This document shows, one piece after another, positions 1 through 9,389 of a stretch of DNA of 64,000 nt. Every line of letters begins with the position of its first letter. The first letter of the stretch is position 1. The notes beneath the pieces are model-generated. The model searched no databases and was not told the DNA's origin. It saw only the letters and a program-made list of their open reading frames with translations. Source of the DNA: a virus; the IMG/VR virus record IMGVR_UViG_3300009129_001089. The stretch is one strand, 5' to 3'. The position numbers were made by a program, and so were the translations under genes.

Positions 1-778
1 CAGGATCACCAAAACGTACATTGTATTCTATTACATATGGATCTCCATTGCAAATCATTAAACCAATATATAATACACCTCTGTAAGGGATACCTTCTTC
101 TCGCATTCCCCTAAGTGTTGGTTCGATTATTTCTCTTCTAATTCTTGTGTCTAGTTCATTTGTTATTAATGGTGCTGGTGCGTATGCACCCATTCCTCCT
201 GTGTTAGGTCCAGTATCTCTTTCACCTACACGTTTATGATCTTGACAATAAGGAAGTACTTTATAATCTTTTCCATCTGTTAATACAAAACAACTTGCTT
301 CGTCGCCTTGTATAAATTCTTCTATTAATATTTTATTTGATTTAGACTCAAATTTATTATCAATAAATGTTTGTTGAACATTAATAGCATCCTCTAATGC
401 ATCACAAACTGATACACCTTTTCCTCCGCATAATCCGTCCTCTTTAATAACAATAGGAAATTTTTCATTAGGACGCATTATTGCTTCTTCTATTGTTGAT
501 CGATTATATGTTTCCCATCTTGCAGTAGGAATATCATTACGAAGCATAAATTGTTTCGCCCATAATTTACTTGTTTCTAATCGACCCGCAAGTTTACTTG
601 GAGCAAATACTTTTTTAAGCATACCTTCATAATGCTCAGTAAGTCCGTCTGCTATAGGTTGTTCTGGTCCTATAATAACAAATTCCGAATTTTCTTTAAT
701 CGGAATGCTTTCTTTTTCCAATTTCCAACGTAAGGAATCTTCTCTTCCTCCGTCGCCTATCATAATAGTCGAAATCAT
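1..778 (-). CDS. purD: Phosphoribosylamine--glycine ligase (GAR synthetase), runs off the window edge
   Basis: Not in the ORF track. Hand translation from ATG 778 (overlapping the purF stop) gives GDGGRE, IGPEQP, LETSKLWAK, IKEDGLCGGKGV, QDHKRVGERDTGPNTGGMGAYAP and EYNVRFGDP, all PurD motifs. Confidence 0.95.
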   Translation of the reverse strand, partial: MISTIMIGDGGREDSLRWKLEKESIPIKENSEFVIIGPEQPIADGLTEHYEGMLKKVFAPSKLAGRLETSKLWAKQFMLRNDIPTARWETYNRSTIEEAIMRPNEKFPIVIKEDGLCGGKGVSVCDALEDAINVQQTFIDNKFESKSNKILIEEFIQGDEASCFVLTDGKDYKVLPYCQDHKRVGERDTGPNTGGMGAYAPAPLITNELDTRIRREIIEPTLRGMREEGIPYRGVLYIGLMICNGDPYVIEYNVRFGDP

Positions 779-2283
779 GCTACCTGTTGTTTATATCTGA
801 GTGTGCCTTCTTGTGTAGGATATTTAGATGTTAAACATGCCATACAAAGTTCACTACTATTTTTATTTAACGCTTTTACCATACCCTCTAACGACAAATA
901 TTGTAAACTATCTGCACCAAAATCGCTTGCTTTAGGTTTATTAGTACTTGTGTATAATTCTTTTATAGTTGGAAAATCTATTCCATAAAAACAAGGCGAA
1001 GTAATAGGAGGACATCCAATTCGTAAATGTACTTCTTTTGCTCCGCTCCATTCTTTTAAATTTGTTACTAATGCTCGCATTGTTGTACCACGTACAATAG
1101 AATCATCTATAAGTATAATTTTTTTACCCCGTAATACCTCACGCAAATGTGTAAATTTTAATTGTATATTGTATGTTCTATTTGTATTATCTATAAATGT
1201 TCTTCCTATAGAATGATTTTTAAGTAAGCCTTGTACAAAAGGTATATGGGTTTCTTGTGCATATTTTGCTCCTGCAACATACGAAGTTTCAGGTACAGGT
1301 ACTACAATATAATCACCGTTAAATTTAACTGTTTCTTCTATTGCTAATTGTTTTCCTATATTTTCTCGTACATGATATACAGATTCGCCATCCATTACAG
1401 ATGCAAGATGCCCAAAATAAATCCATTCAAAAAAACAATAACTAGTATTTTTTTTAGAATGTGTTTCTATTAATTTACTTGGACCAGAATAATATAAACT
1501 ATTACTTGGATATTGTAAATCCTTATCTATATAACTTTTTACAGTAAAATTATCGCCATCAGCAATAATCATTTCACCGGGTTTCAAATCTGTTGCTTCT
1601 ATTTGTAAATTAGAGAGAACTACGCTTTCTGATGTAAAAACTAATATGCCATCATCAGTAACACCATAACACATAGGTTTTAGCCCTAGTGGATCTCTGA
1701 CAGCAACCATTTTCCCGTCAGCATTTACAAAGGCAATGTTCCATGATCCGTCAAAATCTTTTAATAACGTTTTAAATATTTCAACAAAGTTTAATTCTTC
1801 TTGAGGCTTATGTGATTGGACTTCACGACTAAGAAAATGCATTATGACTTCTGTATCAGAATCATAAGTCATATTGTAACCTACTTTTTCTAAGCCACTT
1901 TTTAGTTTATCATAATTTGCTAGGTTGCCATTAAAGGCTAAACTAAACCATTTTGATTTTCTACCATGTGGACGTTCAAATGGTTGTGCTAATTGATCTC
2001 CATTATCACCACTTGTTGCATAACGAGTGTGACCTATTGCGGCATGACCACTATAATCTTCTAATAATTTTTTACTTTTATATTGATGGTTGATTTGAAA
2101 TACTTCGTGTACTTTACCATTGTCTTTATGTGTTTGGAGTATTCTCTTTCTATTTTGATTGTAAGAAGTAAGACCGGCACTAAGTTGACCCCGGTGTTGT
2201 AAATCTAATAATCCTCTAACAATGAGGGGGTAAACGTTTTTGGTTTTATCCTTTAACGAATACGCCCCAATAACTCCACACAT
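775..2283 (-). CDS. purF: Amidophosphoribosyltransferase (Fe-S type)
   Basis: N-terminal MCG, LQHRGQ, GHTRYAT, RDPLG, PRPP motif IDDSIVRGTT; cluster cysteines in CFFE, CFYG and CMAC. Confidence 0.97.
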   Translation of the reverse strand: MCGVIGAYSLKDKTKNVYPLIVRGLLDLQHRGQLSAGLTSYNQNRKRILQTHKDNGKVHEVFQINHQYKSKKLLEDYSGHAAIGHTRYATSGDNGDQLAQPFERPHGRKSKWFSLAFNGNLANYDKLKSGLEKVGYNMTYDSDTEVIMHFLSREVQSHKPQEELNFVEIFKTLLKDFDGSWNIAFVNADGKMVAVRDPLGLKPMCYGVTDDGILVFTSESVVLSNLQIEATDLKPGEMIIADGDNFTVKSYIDKDLQYPSNSLYYSGPSKLIETHSKKNTSYCFFEWIYFGHLASVMDGESVYHVRENIGKQLAIEETVKFNGDYIVVPVPETSYVAGAKYAQETHIPFVQGLLKNHSIGRTFIDNTNRTYNIQLKFTHLREVLRGKKIILIDDSIVRGTTMRALVTNLKEWSGAKEVHLRIGCPPITSPCFYGIDFPTIKELYTSTNKPKASDFGADSLQYLSLEGMVKALNKNSSELCMACLTSKYPTQEGTLRYKQQVA

Positions 2284-3516
2284 TTAAAATTGCTCGTCTT
2301 CTGTTGACCCTTTAATTGCACTTAATGTATTACTACCAGTACATACTTGACTTATTTCGTCAAAGTAACCTGCACCTACTTCACGTTGGTGTTTTACTGC
2401 TGTAAATCCTAATTCTTGTGCTTTAAATTCTTTTTGTTGTAAATCTACAAATCCTGTCATACCAGTATTTTTATAATTTAAAGATAAATCAAACATACTA
2501 TAATTTAAACTATGAAAACCTGCGAGTGTAATAAACTGATATGTTACTCCTAGTTCGCCTAGTTCATCTTTGAAATTGCGTATTTCAGTATCGCTTAATT
2601 TTGACTTCCAATTAAATGATGGTGAACAATTATATGCAAACATTTTATTTGGAAACTCCTTACGAATTTCTGCACAAAATTCCCTGCATTCGCCTATGTC
2701 GGGTAAAGATGTTTCCATCCAAAGCAAATCACAGTAAGGCGCATATGCAAGTCCTCTTGAAACCGCTTGTGCCATTCCTGCATTTGTTTTATAAAATCCT
2801 TCGGTTGTTCTTTCACCTGTAATAAACGTATGATCATATTCGTCAGCATCAGTTACTAACAATGCACCTGCTAATGAATCTGTTCTTGCAATTAAAACAG
2901 TATCAACGCCCATTATATCTGCGGCAAGTCTAGAAGCAATAAGTTTTGATACCATTTCTTTAGTAGGTACTAACACTTTACCACCCATGTGTCCGCATTT
3001 TTTAGCAGAAGATAATTGGTCTTCTAAATGCACACCGGCGGCACCGGCTTCAATCATGTCTTTCATTAATTCATGGGCATTAAGGACTCCTCCGAATCCT
3101 GATTCCATGTCTGCAACAATAGGAAGAAAATAATCTATATCTCCTTCACCTTCCATTGTTTGTATTTGATCTGCACGGATAAACGTATTATTAATTCGTT
3201 TTACTACGATTGGTACACTATTGGCCGCATATAATGATTGATCTGGATACATCTCCATACTATCATTTGCATCGCCTGCTACTTGCCAACCACTAAGATA
3301 TACCGAATCTAACCCAGCCTTTGCTTGTTGCATTGCTTGGTTACCTGTTAATGCACCTAAGGCACTAACGTAAGGTTGATTGTGTAATTTGTGCCATAAC
3401 TTTTTAGCACCATTTTGTGCTAATGTATATTCAACTTTAACTGACCCACTTAGTCGCTTTACGTCTGAGTCGGCATATGGTCGGATAATCCCGTCCCATC
3501 TATTTTCTTTGCTCAA
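2284..3516 (-). CDS. aceA: Isocitrate lyase
   Basis: [65 protein letters not shown]; TTG start. Confidence 0.97.
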   Translation of the reverse strand: MSKENRWDGIIRPYADSDVKRLSGSVKVEYTLAQNGAKKLWHKLHNQPYVSALGALTGNQAMQQAKAGLDSVYLSGWQVAGDANDSMEMYPDQSLYAANSVPIVVKRINNTFIRADQIQTMEGEGDIDYFLPIVADMESGFGGVLNAHELMKDMIEAGAAGVHLEDQLSSAKKCGHMGGKVLVPTKEMVSKLIASRLAADIMGVDTVLIARTDSLAGALLVTDADEYDHTFITGERTTEGFYKTNAGMAQAVSRGLAYAPYCDLLWMETSLPDIGECREFCAEIRKEFPNKMFAYNCSPSFNWKSKLSDTEIRNFKDELGELGVTYQFITLAGFHSLNYSMFDLSLNYKNTGMTGFVDLQQKEFKAQELGFTAVKHQREVGAGYFDEISQVCTGSNTLSAIKGSTEDEQF

Positions 3517-3527
3517 TTTTTATCTCC

Positions 3528-4370
3528 TTAAAATTTGCTTGTATACTCTGTCACGATAGCATACTTTCGTTGAACATCAGTTAAATTTTCTCCGTCTCTA
3601 AATGATTGTTTATCTAATTGTTGTTTTGGATCGCCATGTGGCCATATACGCCAACTATCATTATCTATAACGTCTGCAATAACAATTTCTTTATTTGAAT
3701 TAATACCTACTTCTATTTTCATATCTATTAAATCTACATTAACTTTTTTCCATGCTTTTTCTATTGTTTCAAAACATGGTATCATTAATGAATTTCTAAT
3801 ATATTCTAATGTTACAGGATCTACTACAGGTATTATGTCCATTAATGGTTGCATATCATGTCGTGGTTGCTTAGGAGGATAAAGTAACCACGTTTCATCA
3901 TGTGGTTCTATTAAAGGGTCTGTGTATACAGTTTCTGTCCATTCTCCGTTTCGTAGGTATAATTCTCGAGCTTTATCTTCAGAAATCATTTCACCTTTAA
4001 CTATTGCATGTTTATGAAAAAATTCAGTTTTTACAGGATCAAATAAATCTGAAGAGGATGCTTGAGGTTCTCGTTTAATATAACTACCATATGGCCTTCT
4101 ACGTATAACACATTCAATAGGAATCATTCTACATTTATCTGCAACAAATGATGTTTCGTCATTTCTGCTTTTATATGCAACTGGTATTCCTTCACGTTTC
4201 AGTAACGCAAATACATGAATTGTCTGGCTTGTTTTATCTTGTGCTACAGGTAGGTCTGCTTGTATTGCGGCATCATTTGCCGTAAGTGAATCTTTTGTTC
4301 GTATTCTAACTAAACTTTTATCATCTAAGGATTCTATTAGTTTAGTTTTACCTTCAATTAGTATTTCCAT
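3528..4370 (-). CDS. purC: SAICAR synthetase
   Basis: EGKTK, KDSLTA, IPIECVIRR..YGS, LIDMKIEVG, ADVIDNDSWRIW, DKQSFRD. Confidence 0.93.
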   Translation of the reverse strand: MEILIEGKTKLIESLDDKSLVRIRTKDSLTANDAAIQADLPVAQDKTSQTIHVFALLKREGIPVAYKSRNDETSFVADKCRMIPIECVIRRRPYGSYIKREPQASSSDLFDPVKTEFFHKHAIVKGEMISEDKARELYLRNGEWTETVYTDPLIEPHDETWLLYPPKQPRHDMQPLMDIIPVVDPVTLEYIRNSLMIPCFETIEKAWKKVNVDLIDMKIEVGINSNKEIVIADVIDNDSWRIWPHGDPKQQLDKQSFRDGENLTDVQRKYAIVTEYTSKF

Positions 4371-4569
4371 GTCCGTCTTGTTTTATTGACACATGATACC
4401 CTTGATCAAAAAGACTTTTTGCAAGGTTCTGTGCTTCTTTTAAAGTTTGACAAAATCTTTTTCTAACGTCCTTGGGATCAGGCGGAATCCATTTTGCCTG
4501 CTCTTTCATTTGGGCATGATTATTGTTTCTATTATCGTTATACTTAAAATATTCTACCCAAATATTCAT
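4354..4569 (-). CDS. Hypothetical protein
   Basis: Tiles the operon between purC and speD. Confidence 0.6.
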   Translation of the reverse strand: MNIWVEYFKYNDNRNNNHAQMKEQAKWIPPDPKDVRKRFCQTLKEAQNLAKSLFDQGYHVSIKQDGHGNTN

Positions 4570-4577
4570 ATTATATC

Positions 4578-4997
4578 CTAAATAAATTTCGGATCACCGT
4601 AGTCGACAAGACCTGACCAATGTGCTTTTGTCGAAAATGTAGGTTTTAATTCATGTTCTCTATCCATTAACGTATATGCAACTTTTTCAGGTTCCATTAT
4701 GTTTAGGTGTTGCAAAACGTCATGTTTACTAAACTCTGCACAACTATATACATCAAATTGTACTAATGCTGGATCTGTTTCATCCCATATGTGAATAGCA
4801 ATATGTGATGTTTCAATCATTACAAATCCTGTAATTCCTCTATTTCCACATACATCAATGTAACTAGCGAAAGGCCCTTTGATAATTTTCATATCAATTA
4901 ATTTAACTAGTTGTTTAAGCCATTTCTTTAATACTTTTTCTTCTTTAATTGGTTTAGTAACTTCAGCTCGAACCAATAAATGTTTGTGTACCGGCAT
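4578..4997 (-). CDS. speD: S-adenosylmethionine decarboxylase proenzyme
   Basis: HLLV, GITG...IETSHIAIHIW (pyruvoyl-forming Ser), QFDVYSC. Confidence 0.85.
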   Translation of the reverse strand: MPVHKHLLVRAEVTKPIKEEKVLKKWLKQLVKLIDMKIIKGPFASYIDVCGNRGITGFVMIETSHIAIHIWDETDPALVQFDVYSCAEFSKHDVLQHLNIMEPEKVAYTLMDREHELKPTFSTKAHWSGLVDYGDPKFI

Positions 4998-5002
4998 TCA
5001 TA

Positions 5003-5173
5003 TTACCTCTCTGCTGGGTGAATCGGATTATGTAAATATTTCATAGGTTCCCGATTATGTTCTTCATTTATTATTTGTTCTAACTTTTCTCTTAAAGATT
5101 TGTCTCTTTCTTTGTATTCTTCGTAGTTTTTTTCTATTGCTTCCATGTAAAGTTGGACAACAGAATTACTCAC
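5003..5173 (-). CDS. Small hypothetical protein (56 aa)
   Basis: Hand-read ORF from a GTG overlapping the upstream stop: MSNSVVQLYMEAIEKNYEEY...PAER; fills the gap exactly. Confidence 0.55.
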   Translation of the reverse strand: MSNSVVQLYMEAIEKNYEEYKERDKSLREKLEQIINEEHNREPMKYLHNPIHPAER

Positions 5174-5387
5174 TGTTTAACTCCTTTTCACATTCACTAT
5201 CTAGTAGGCCACCAGAACAATTCTTCCACGATGGTTTTGTATCGCACATACCAGTTTTGTATTCGCATTTGTAATGAGTCTTTTTGTATCTTTGTCTCTC
5301 TTTCTCTTTGTTGATTGATATAATTATACCACTCGTAAGAACAACAAGAGAAACTATACCAAGCACCCATTTAGTTACGTCTCCCAC
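5166..5387 (-). CDS. Small membrane-anchored Cys-rich protein
   Basis: N-terminal hydrophobic helix; 4 Cys in the C-terminal part. Confidence 0.6.
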   Translation of the reverse strand: MGDVTKWVLGIVSLVVLTSGIIISINKEKERQRYKKTHYKCEYKTGMCDTKPSWKNCSGGLLDSECEKELNSE

Positions 5388-5395
5388 ATATTACC

Positions 5396-5593
5396 TCATA
5401 GCCATATAGCCGGATCATATTTACATCCTCTGCATTTTCGTGGCACCCATGCTTCTTTAACAGGATCATATTTTTGTGTTTTCGATTTTCCATTTAATAA
5501 CCAAGGATAAAGCCCTGTTCTTTTTTTATGCGTTGAATCTGTTGAACACGAAAACATTAACATACCTAATAGAAAGACTGTTAAAAGTTTCAT
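5396..5593 (-). CDS. Putative small lipoprotein
   Basis: MKLLTVFLLGMLMFSC signal/lipobox-like start; TAAATA motif just upstream. Confidence 0.55.
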   Translation of the reverse strand: MKLLTVFLLGMLMFSCSTDSTHKKRTGLYPWLLNGKSKTQKYDPVKEAWVPRKCRGCKYDPAIWL

Positions 5594-5609
5594 CTTAACA
5601 GTATTTATT

Positions 5610-5686
5610 TGGTAGGCATGGTTGGACTCGAACCAACGACTTCCACCGTATCAGAGTGGCGTTCTAACCAGCTGAACTACACGCCT
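5610..5686 (-). tRNA. tRNA-Ile(GAT)
   Basis: Cloverleaf; anticodon arm CCACT-CTGATAC-GGTGG; GTTCGAG T-loop; encoded CCA. Confidence 0.93.
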
Positions 5687-5688
5687 AT

Positions 5689-5765
5689 TGGGTCGACAGA
5701 CGAGGCTCGAACTCGCAACCTTTGGAACCACAATCCAATGCTCTACCAATTGAGCTACTGTCAAC
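5689..5765 (-). tRNA. tRNA-His(GTG)
   Basis: Anticodon arm TTGGA-TTGTGGT-TCCAA; G-1 and C discriminator; CCA. Confidence 0.92.
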
Positions 5766-5771
5766 AATAAA

Positions 5772-5848
5772 TGGTAGACGAGATGGGATTTGAACCCATG
5801 ACCTGAACCTTATAAGAATCCTGCTCTAACCAACTGAGCTACTCGTCT
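5772..5848 (-). tRNA. tRNA-Ile(TAT)
   Basis: AGACGAG/CTCGTCT acceptor stem; anticodon loop CTTATAA in a GU-rich stem; TTCAAAT T-loop; ACCA. Confidence 0.85.
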
Positions 5849-5855
5849 TCAACAC

Positions 5856-5932
5856 TGGCTCCCCGGGCTGGACTCGAACCAGCGACCCACAGATTAACAG
5901 TCTGTTGCTACTACCAACTGAGCTACCGAGGA
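5856..5932 (-). tRNA. tRNA-Asn(GTT)
   Basis: ACAGA-CTGTTAA-TCTGT anticodon arm; GCCA end. Confidence 0.93.
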
Positions 5933-5952
5933 ATAATTAAATATATTGCTAG

Positions 5953-6029
5953 TGGCGGTCCCAACGGGATTCGAACCCGTGTTGCCGGCGTGACAGGCCG
6001 GTGTCCTAGGCCGACTAGACGATGGGACC
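5953..6029 (-). tRNA. tRNA-Asp(GTC)
   Basis: CCGGC-CTGTCAC-GCCGG anticodon arm; GCCA end. Confidence 0.94.
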
Positions 6030-6034
6030 AAATC

Positions 6035-6111
6035 TGGTAGGGATGACTGGATTCGAACCAGCGACCTCTACATCCCAAATGTAGCGTTCTCCCAGACTGA
6101 ACTACATCCCT
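6035..6111 (-). tRNA. tRNA-Pro(TGG)
   Basis: CTACA-TTTGGGA-TGTAG anticodon arm; AGGGATG/CATCCCT acceptor stem; ACCA. Confidence 0.92.
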
Positions 6112-6704
6112 GGATAAACAAAGAATGTGACTGTCAATCTATCAGTTCCTGCGCCTTCGGCACTATGTACCAATTTTGCATTATACATAATCATTCTATT
6201 AAATTTATTTTCAATTATACTAGTTTTTTCAAAACTAGTTTTATCTATCATATTAACATTTGTTGGCATTTCTGTGCTTCCGTCCCAGCCTGTTTCTTTA
6301 TGCTTATAAAAACAAGTACCTGTATCAGGAGCAGGATTATTATCTAAATAAATTACACCTGCTAGAACTGGATTACCATCTTGATGTATATTTCGTTCAT
6401 CATTTTTTGTTTGTCGTTGAAACAATGCATTTATAGTTATATTATCATTTGGTATTAATGCTAATATTTTTTTTTGAAATTCTTTATATATTTTAGGTAA
6501 AATATTTTCACATAATAATGATCGTTGTCCTGGAAATGTCATTCCTATTTTAAGAATTTCTAATATTTTATTATCATTATCTTCGTCTATTGTTGCTGTA
6601 TTACTCAACTGATCGCAATAATAAAAATCTTGTTTTAATGCTTCTTCTCTAACATTATTAGGGTCATCAAAAAAATTATCATATACAGTAATAATATTTT
6701 TCAT
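6102..6704 (-). CDS. 2OG-Fe(II) oxygenase (DUF6445-like)
   Basis: DNFFDDP, FPGQR, IHQD, AGVIYL, GTCFY, NRMIMY..LVH, RLT. Confidence 0.8.
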   Translation of the reverse strand: MKNIITVYDNFFDDPNNVREEALKQDFYYCDQLSNTATIDEDNDNKILEILKIGMTFPGQRSLLCENILPKIYKEFQKKILALIPNDNITINALFQRQTKNDERNIHQDGNPVLAGVIYLDNNPAPDTGTCFYKHKETGWDGSTEMPTNVNMIDKTSFEKTSIIENKFNRMIMYNAKLVHSAEGAGTDRLTVTFFVYPGM

Positions 6705-7222
6705 TTGTACACACCTAATATTAAAGTTAATCTTTCATTACCTGCTTCCTCTGCTCTATGTACAAGGTTACCGTTATACATAATCATTCTATTAAATTTA
6801 TTTTCTATTACACTTGTTCTGTTAAAATCGGACCCTATTAAAACTTCTATACTATCTGGTTTTTTGGTACTACCATCCCATCCTGTTTCTTTATGAGTAT
6901 AAAAACCTGTACCACTATTTGGCATAGGAGTTTCATCTAAATATACTATACATGTTAAAAATGTATCAACGTCTTGATGTATTTTTCTATAATCATTTTT
7001 TCCTTGTTTTTGAAACCTAGCAGTTATTGTTGAATTTTTAGGTATTAATGGTTCTAAGGACAATTTTAATTCTCTATACATCTCTGGTAAAATATTTTTA
7101 CATTGGTCTGTTCGTATTCCAGGATAATTTCCTAATTGATCAAAGGTTTGTTCTAATGCTTTCTTTCGAATTTCGTTGGGATGCATAAAAAAATCATCGT
7201 ATACTATTAATCTATAATCCAT
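6701..7222 (-). CDS. 2OG-Fe(II) oxygenase (DUF6445-like), paralogue
   Basis: YPGIRT, IHQD, VYL, GTGFY, NRMIMY..LVH, RLT. Confidence 0.8.
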   Translation of the reverse strand: MDYRLIVYDDFFMHPNEIRKKALEQTFDQLGNYPGIRTDQCKNILPEMYRELKLSLEPLIPKNSTITARFQKQGKNDYRKIHQDVDTFLTCIVYLDETPMPNSGTGFYTHKETGWDGSTKKPDSIEVLIGSDFNRTSVIENKFNRMIMYNGNLVHRAEEAGNERLTLILGVYK

Positions 7223-7887
7223 TATGCTAATTTAAATATAAAAGATGTTTGTGTTAATCTACAATTTTCCTTAGTATCCCCAAAACAAGTTCCAGGAGCA
7301 TGTAATAATTTACTATCATATAATACAATTCTATTAAAGGTATTTCCGACTACAGAGTCTACTTCAAAATTATCCTTATTTTGGTCTTGCCTATTCGCAG
7401 GATATATATCGTTAAATGCTAGATCTGGTACTCTATCTTTGTTTATGCCATTCCATCCTGTCTTTTTATGTGAATAAAATATAGTACCACTATTAGGTCC
7501 GGGGTTAGGTGTTAAGTAAACAATAATGGCCATAATAGGATCTGTATCTTGATGAATACTTTTATTAACATTATCATGATCTTTAGTTTGTAATGTAAAA
7601 TATGTATCTACTTCTAATTTAGTTTCATCACTAAACTTACAATATTGGTTCACAAAAGTTCGAGTATATTCATCTGCTTCAGGTAATATTTTACTAGCTC
7701 GTATTGTTCGTTCACCACAAAAATTTCCTATTTTAGATATCTCAACAACATCATCATTATCTAATTCTTCTGTTCTAATTGTATCATGCAAATAATCTGC
7801 AGGATAAAATTCCTGTTTTAATAATTTATTTCTAATTAGAAATGGATCTGGGTAAAAATTTTCATATATAATTGAATTTAATCTCAT
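7222..7887 (-). CDS. 2OG-Fe(II) oxygenase (DUF6445-like), paralogue
   Basis: IHQD, VYLTP, GTIFY, FNRIVLYD..LLH, RLTQ. Confidence 0.8.
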   Translation of the reverse strand: MRLNSIIYENFYPDPFLIRNKLLKQEFYPADYLHDTIRTEELDNDDVVEISKIGNFCGERTIRASKILPEADEYTRTFVNQYCKFSDETKLEVDTYFTLQTKDHDNVNKSIHQDTDPIMAIIVYLTPNPGPNSGTIFYSHKKTGWNGINKDRVPDLAFNDIYPANRQDQNKDNFEVDSVVGNTFNRIVLYDSKLLHAPGTCFGDTKENCRLTQTSFIFKLA

Positions 7888-7905
7888 AATATTCCTATAT
7901 GGATA

Positions 7906-7981
7906 TGGAGCTGGCGACAGGAATTGAACCCGTGACCTGAGGTTTACAAAACCTCTGCTCTACCAACTGAGCTACGCCAGC
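7906..7981 (-). tRNA. tRNA-Thr(TGT)
   Basis: GAGGT-TTTGTAA-ACCTC anticodon arm; GCTGGCG/CGCCAGC acceptor stem; CCA. Confidence 0.93.
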
Positions 7982-7988
7982 ACTATAC

Positions 7989-8306
7989 TTATTTAAATCT
8001 AACTTTAGGTTCGGTCTTTTGTTGGTATGTCGCCTTAATTTCGGATTTTCTAGCATGTTCAACTATTTCGTCATAGTCTGGATTCTGCCATCGCTCGTGC
8101 CAATCGCAATCAGGGGTAGACACTTCAGTATAAGTACCATCAGGATGTTTCTTGCCAATTTTTTTGCCCCCTTGTTTATGTTTCTTTTTTTCTTGCTTTT
8201 TACGTTCCCGGTTTTCTAGATTAATCATGTGCCGGTATTGGGGCGAACGCTCTAGTGCTTCGTCTCTAAAATGTGGTTTATCTGTCATATTAATGTGCTC
8301 TTGCAA
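7989..8306 (-). CDS. Hypothetical basic protein (start may be the internal Met of MTDKP)
   Basis: ORF track; operon tiling. Confidence 0.55.
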   Translation of the reverse strand: MQEHINMTDKPHFRDEALERSPQYRHMINLENRERKKQEKKKHKQGGKKIGKKHPDGTYTEVSTPDCDWHERWQNPDYDEIVEHARKSEIKATYQQKTEPKVRFK

Positions 8307-8472
8307 ATTCTATTCGTTTTAATGCATGGGCAGTATATTCTACTCTATCCTGCCAATAATAATAGTCTTCAACTGTTCGTGCATGTTTAACTTTATAAAA
8401 AGCCTCACGCAACTTTTTTACTAGGTCTTTCTTCGATTCCTTCATTTTCTTTCTCTTTAAGAAGGTTATCAA
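8290..8472 (-). CDS. Hypothetical protein
   Basis: ORF track; operon tiling. Confidence 0.5.
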   Translation of the reverse strand: MITFLKRKKMKESKKDLVKKLREAFYKVKHARTVEDYYYWQDRVEYTAHALKRIEFARAH

Positions 8473-8668
8473 TATCGCCCATAGAAATAATTTTCTCGGC
8501 GTGCTCTACCTCATAATCGAGGATCTCGTAATCTAGCTCAGCCTTTGCCTCTTTAAATAAAAGGCTTTTAAGCCGGCTAGAGGCCTCAAGCAAAGTATTA
8601 AATTCGCTTGTTCTAATTCTAATCCCACCTTGGGGTCTTTCTTCAGTAATTAATTTTAATCTATACAT
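8405..8668 (-). CDS. Hypothetical protein
   Basis: Preceded by TATAAATA (8676-8683) and a sigma70-like promoter. Confidence 0.6.
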   Translation of the reverse strand: MYRLKLITEERPQGGIRIRTSEFNTLLEASSRLKSLLFKEAKAELDYEILDYEVEHAEKIISMGDIDNLLKEKENEGIEERPSKKVA

Positions 8669-8701
8669 TACTTAATATTTATAGGACTGACTTCTATAAC
8701 T

Positions 8702-8730
8702 AGTATAACATCTATAATTATTGAAGTCAA
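8702..8730 (-). promoter_or_regulatory. Sigma70-type promoter TTGACT-17-TATACT with extended -10 TG
   Basis: Minus strand ttgact-tcaataattatagatgt-tatact. Confidence 0.75.
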
Positions 8731-9389
8731 TCGGTTAATGGAGGAAAGTTGGGTATATTATCGGAAAAAACAAAATAGTCTCCGTTAAATAACCAACGGT
8801 TATAAACATCTTTTATTTCATTTGTACCATGTAATAGGTATGCAGGAAATAAAAAAAGATCACCTACGATTGGTTGACATTCATATTCATGTCGCCATTC
8901 GCAAGTGTATTCAAGGGCATTCCAAGGAAATAGTCCTTTTGGTCCATTATATATAGGACTTAAAAACCATAAACTAGGGAGAGTACCCTCTAAATGAAAA
9001 TAATATGTATAACTAAATAATGCACCTTCGTGATCATGCAATCCTGAACCTGTACTATTGCCAAAATTTAAGAATGCACTTGTTTTTTTTATTTGTTGGT
9101 AGGTTGTATCAATTTGTAAATCCTTAATAAACTTGTCTGCACTTTCGTCAATAAAGTCAAATACTTCTTTAAAGACAGGATTTTTAAATTCTTTTCCGTA
9201 TGTAGGTGAGTTGGTCCAAAACCGTTTTTGAACAGAAGTGTATCCTTTATAATTTACATTTGCCCCATGTTCAAATGGGACATCAGGATCCATTGTTCTT
9301 TTGGCTTCGTCTAATATTTGTTTATGAAAAGATTTGTCTTTATTAATATTAGTGTGATAAATCTTATGTGGAAATATTTGATGTATCAT
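8727..9389 (-). CDS. 2OG-Fe(II) oxygenase (TIGR02466-like)
   Basis: LHDH, FSYTYY, GDLFLFPAYLLH, distal Arg. Confidence 0.78.
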   Translation of the reverse strand: MIHQIFPHKIYHTNINKDKSFHKQILDEAKRTMDPDVPFEHGANVNYKGYTSVQKRFWTNSPTYGKEFKNPVFKEVFDFIDESADKFIKDLQIDTTYQQIKKTSAFLNFGNSTGSGLHDHEGALFSYTYYFHLEGTLPSLWFLSPIYNGPKGLFPWNALEYTCEWRHEYECQPIVGDLFLFPAYLLHGTNEIKDVYNRWLFNGDYFVFSDNIPNFPPLTD

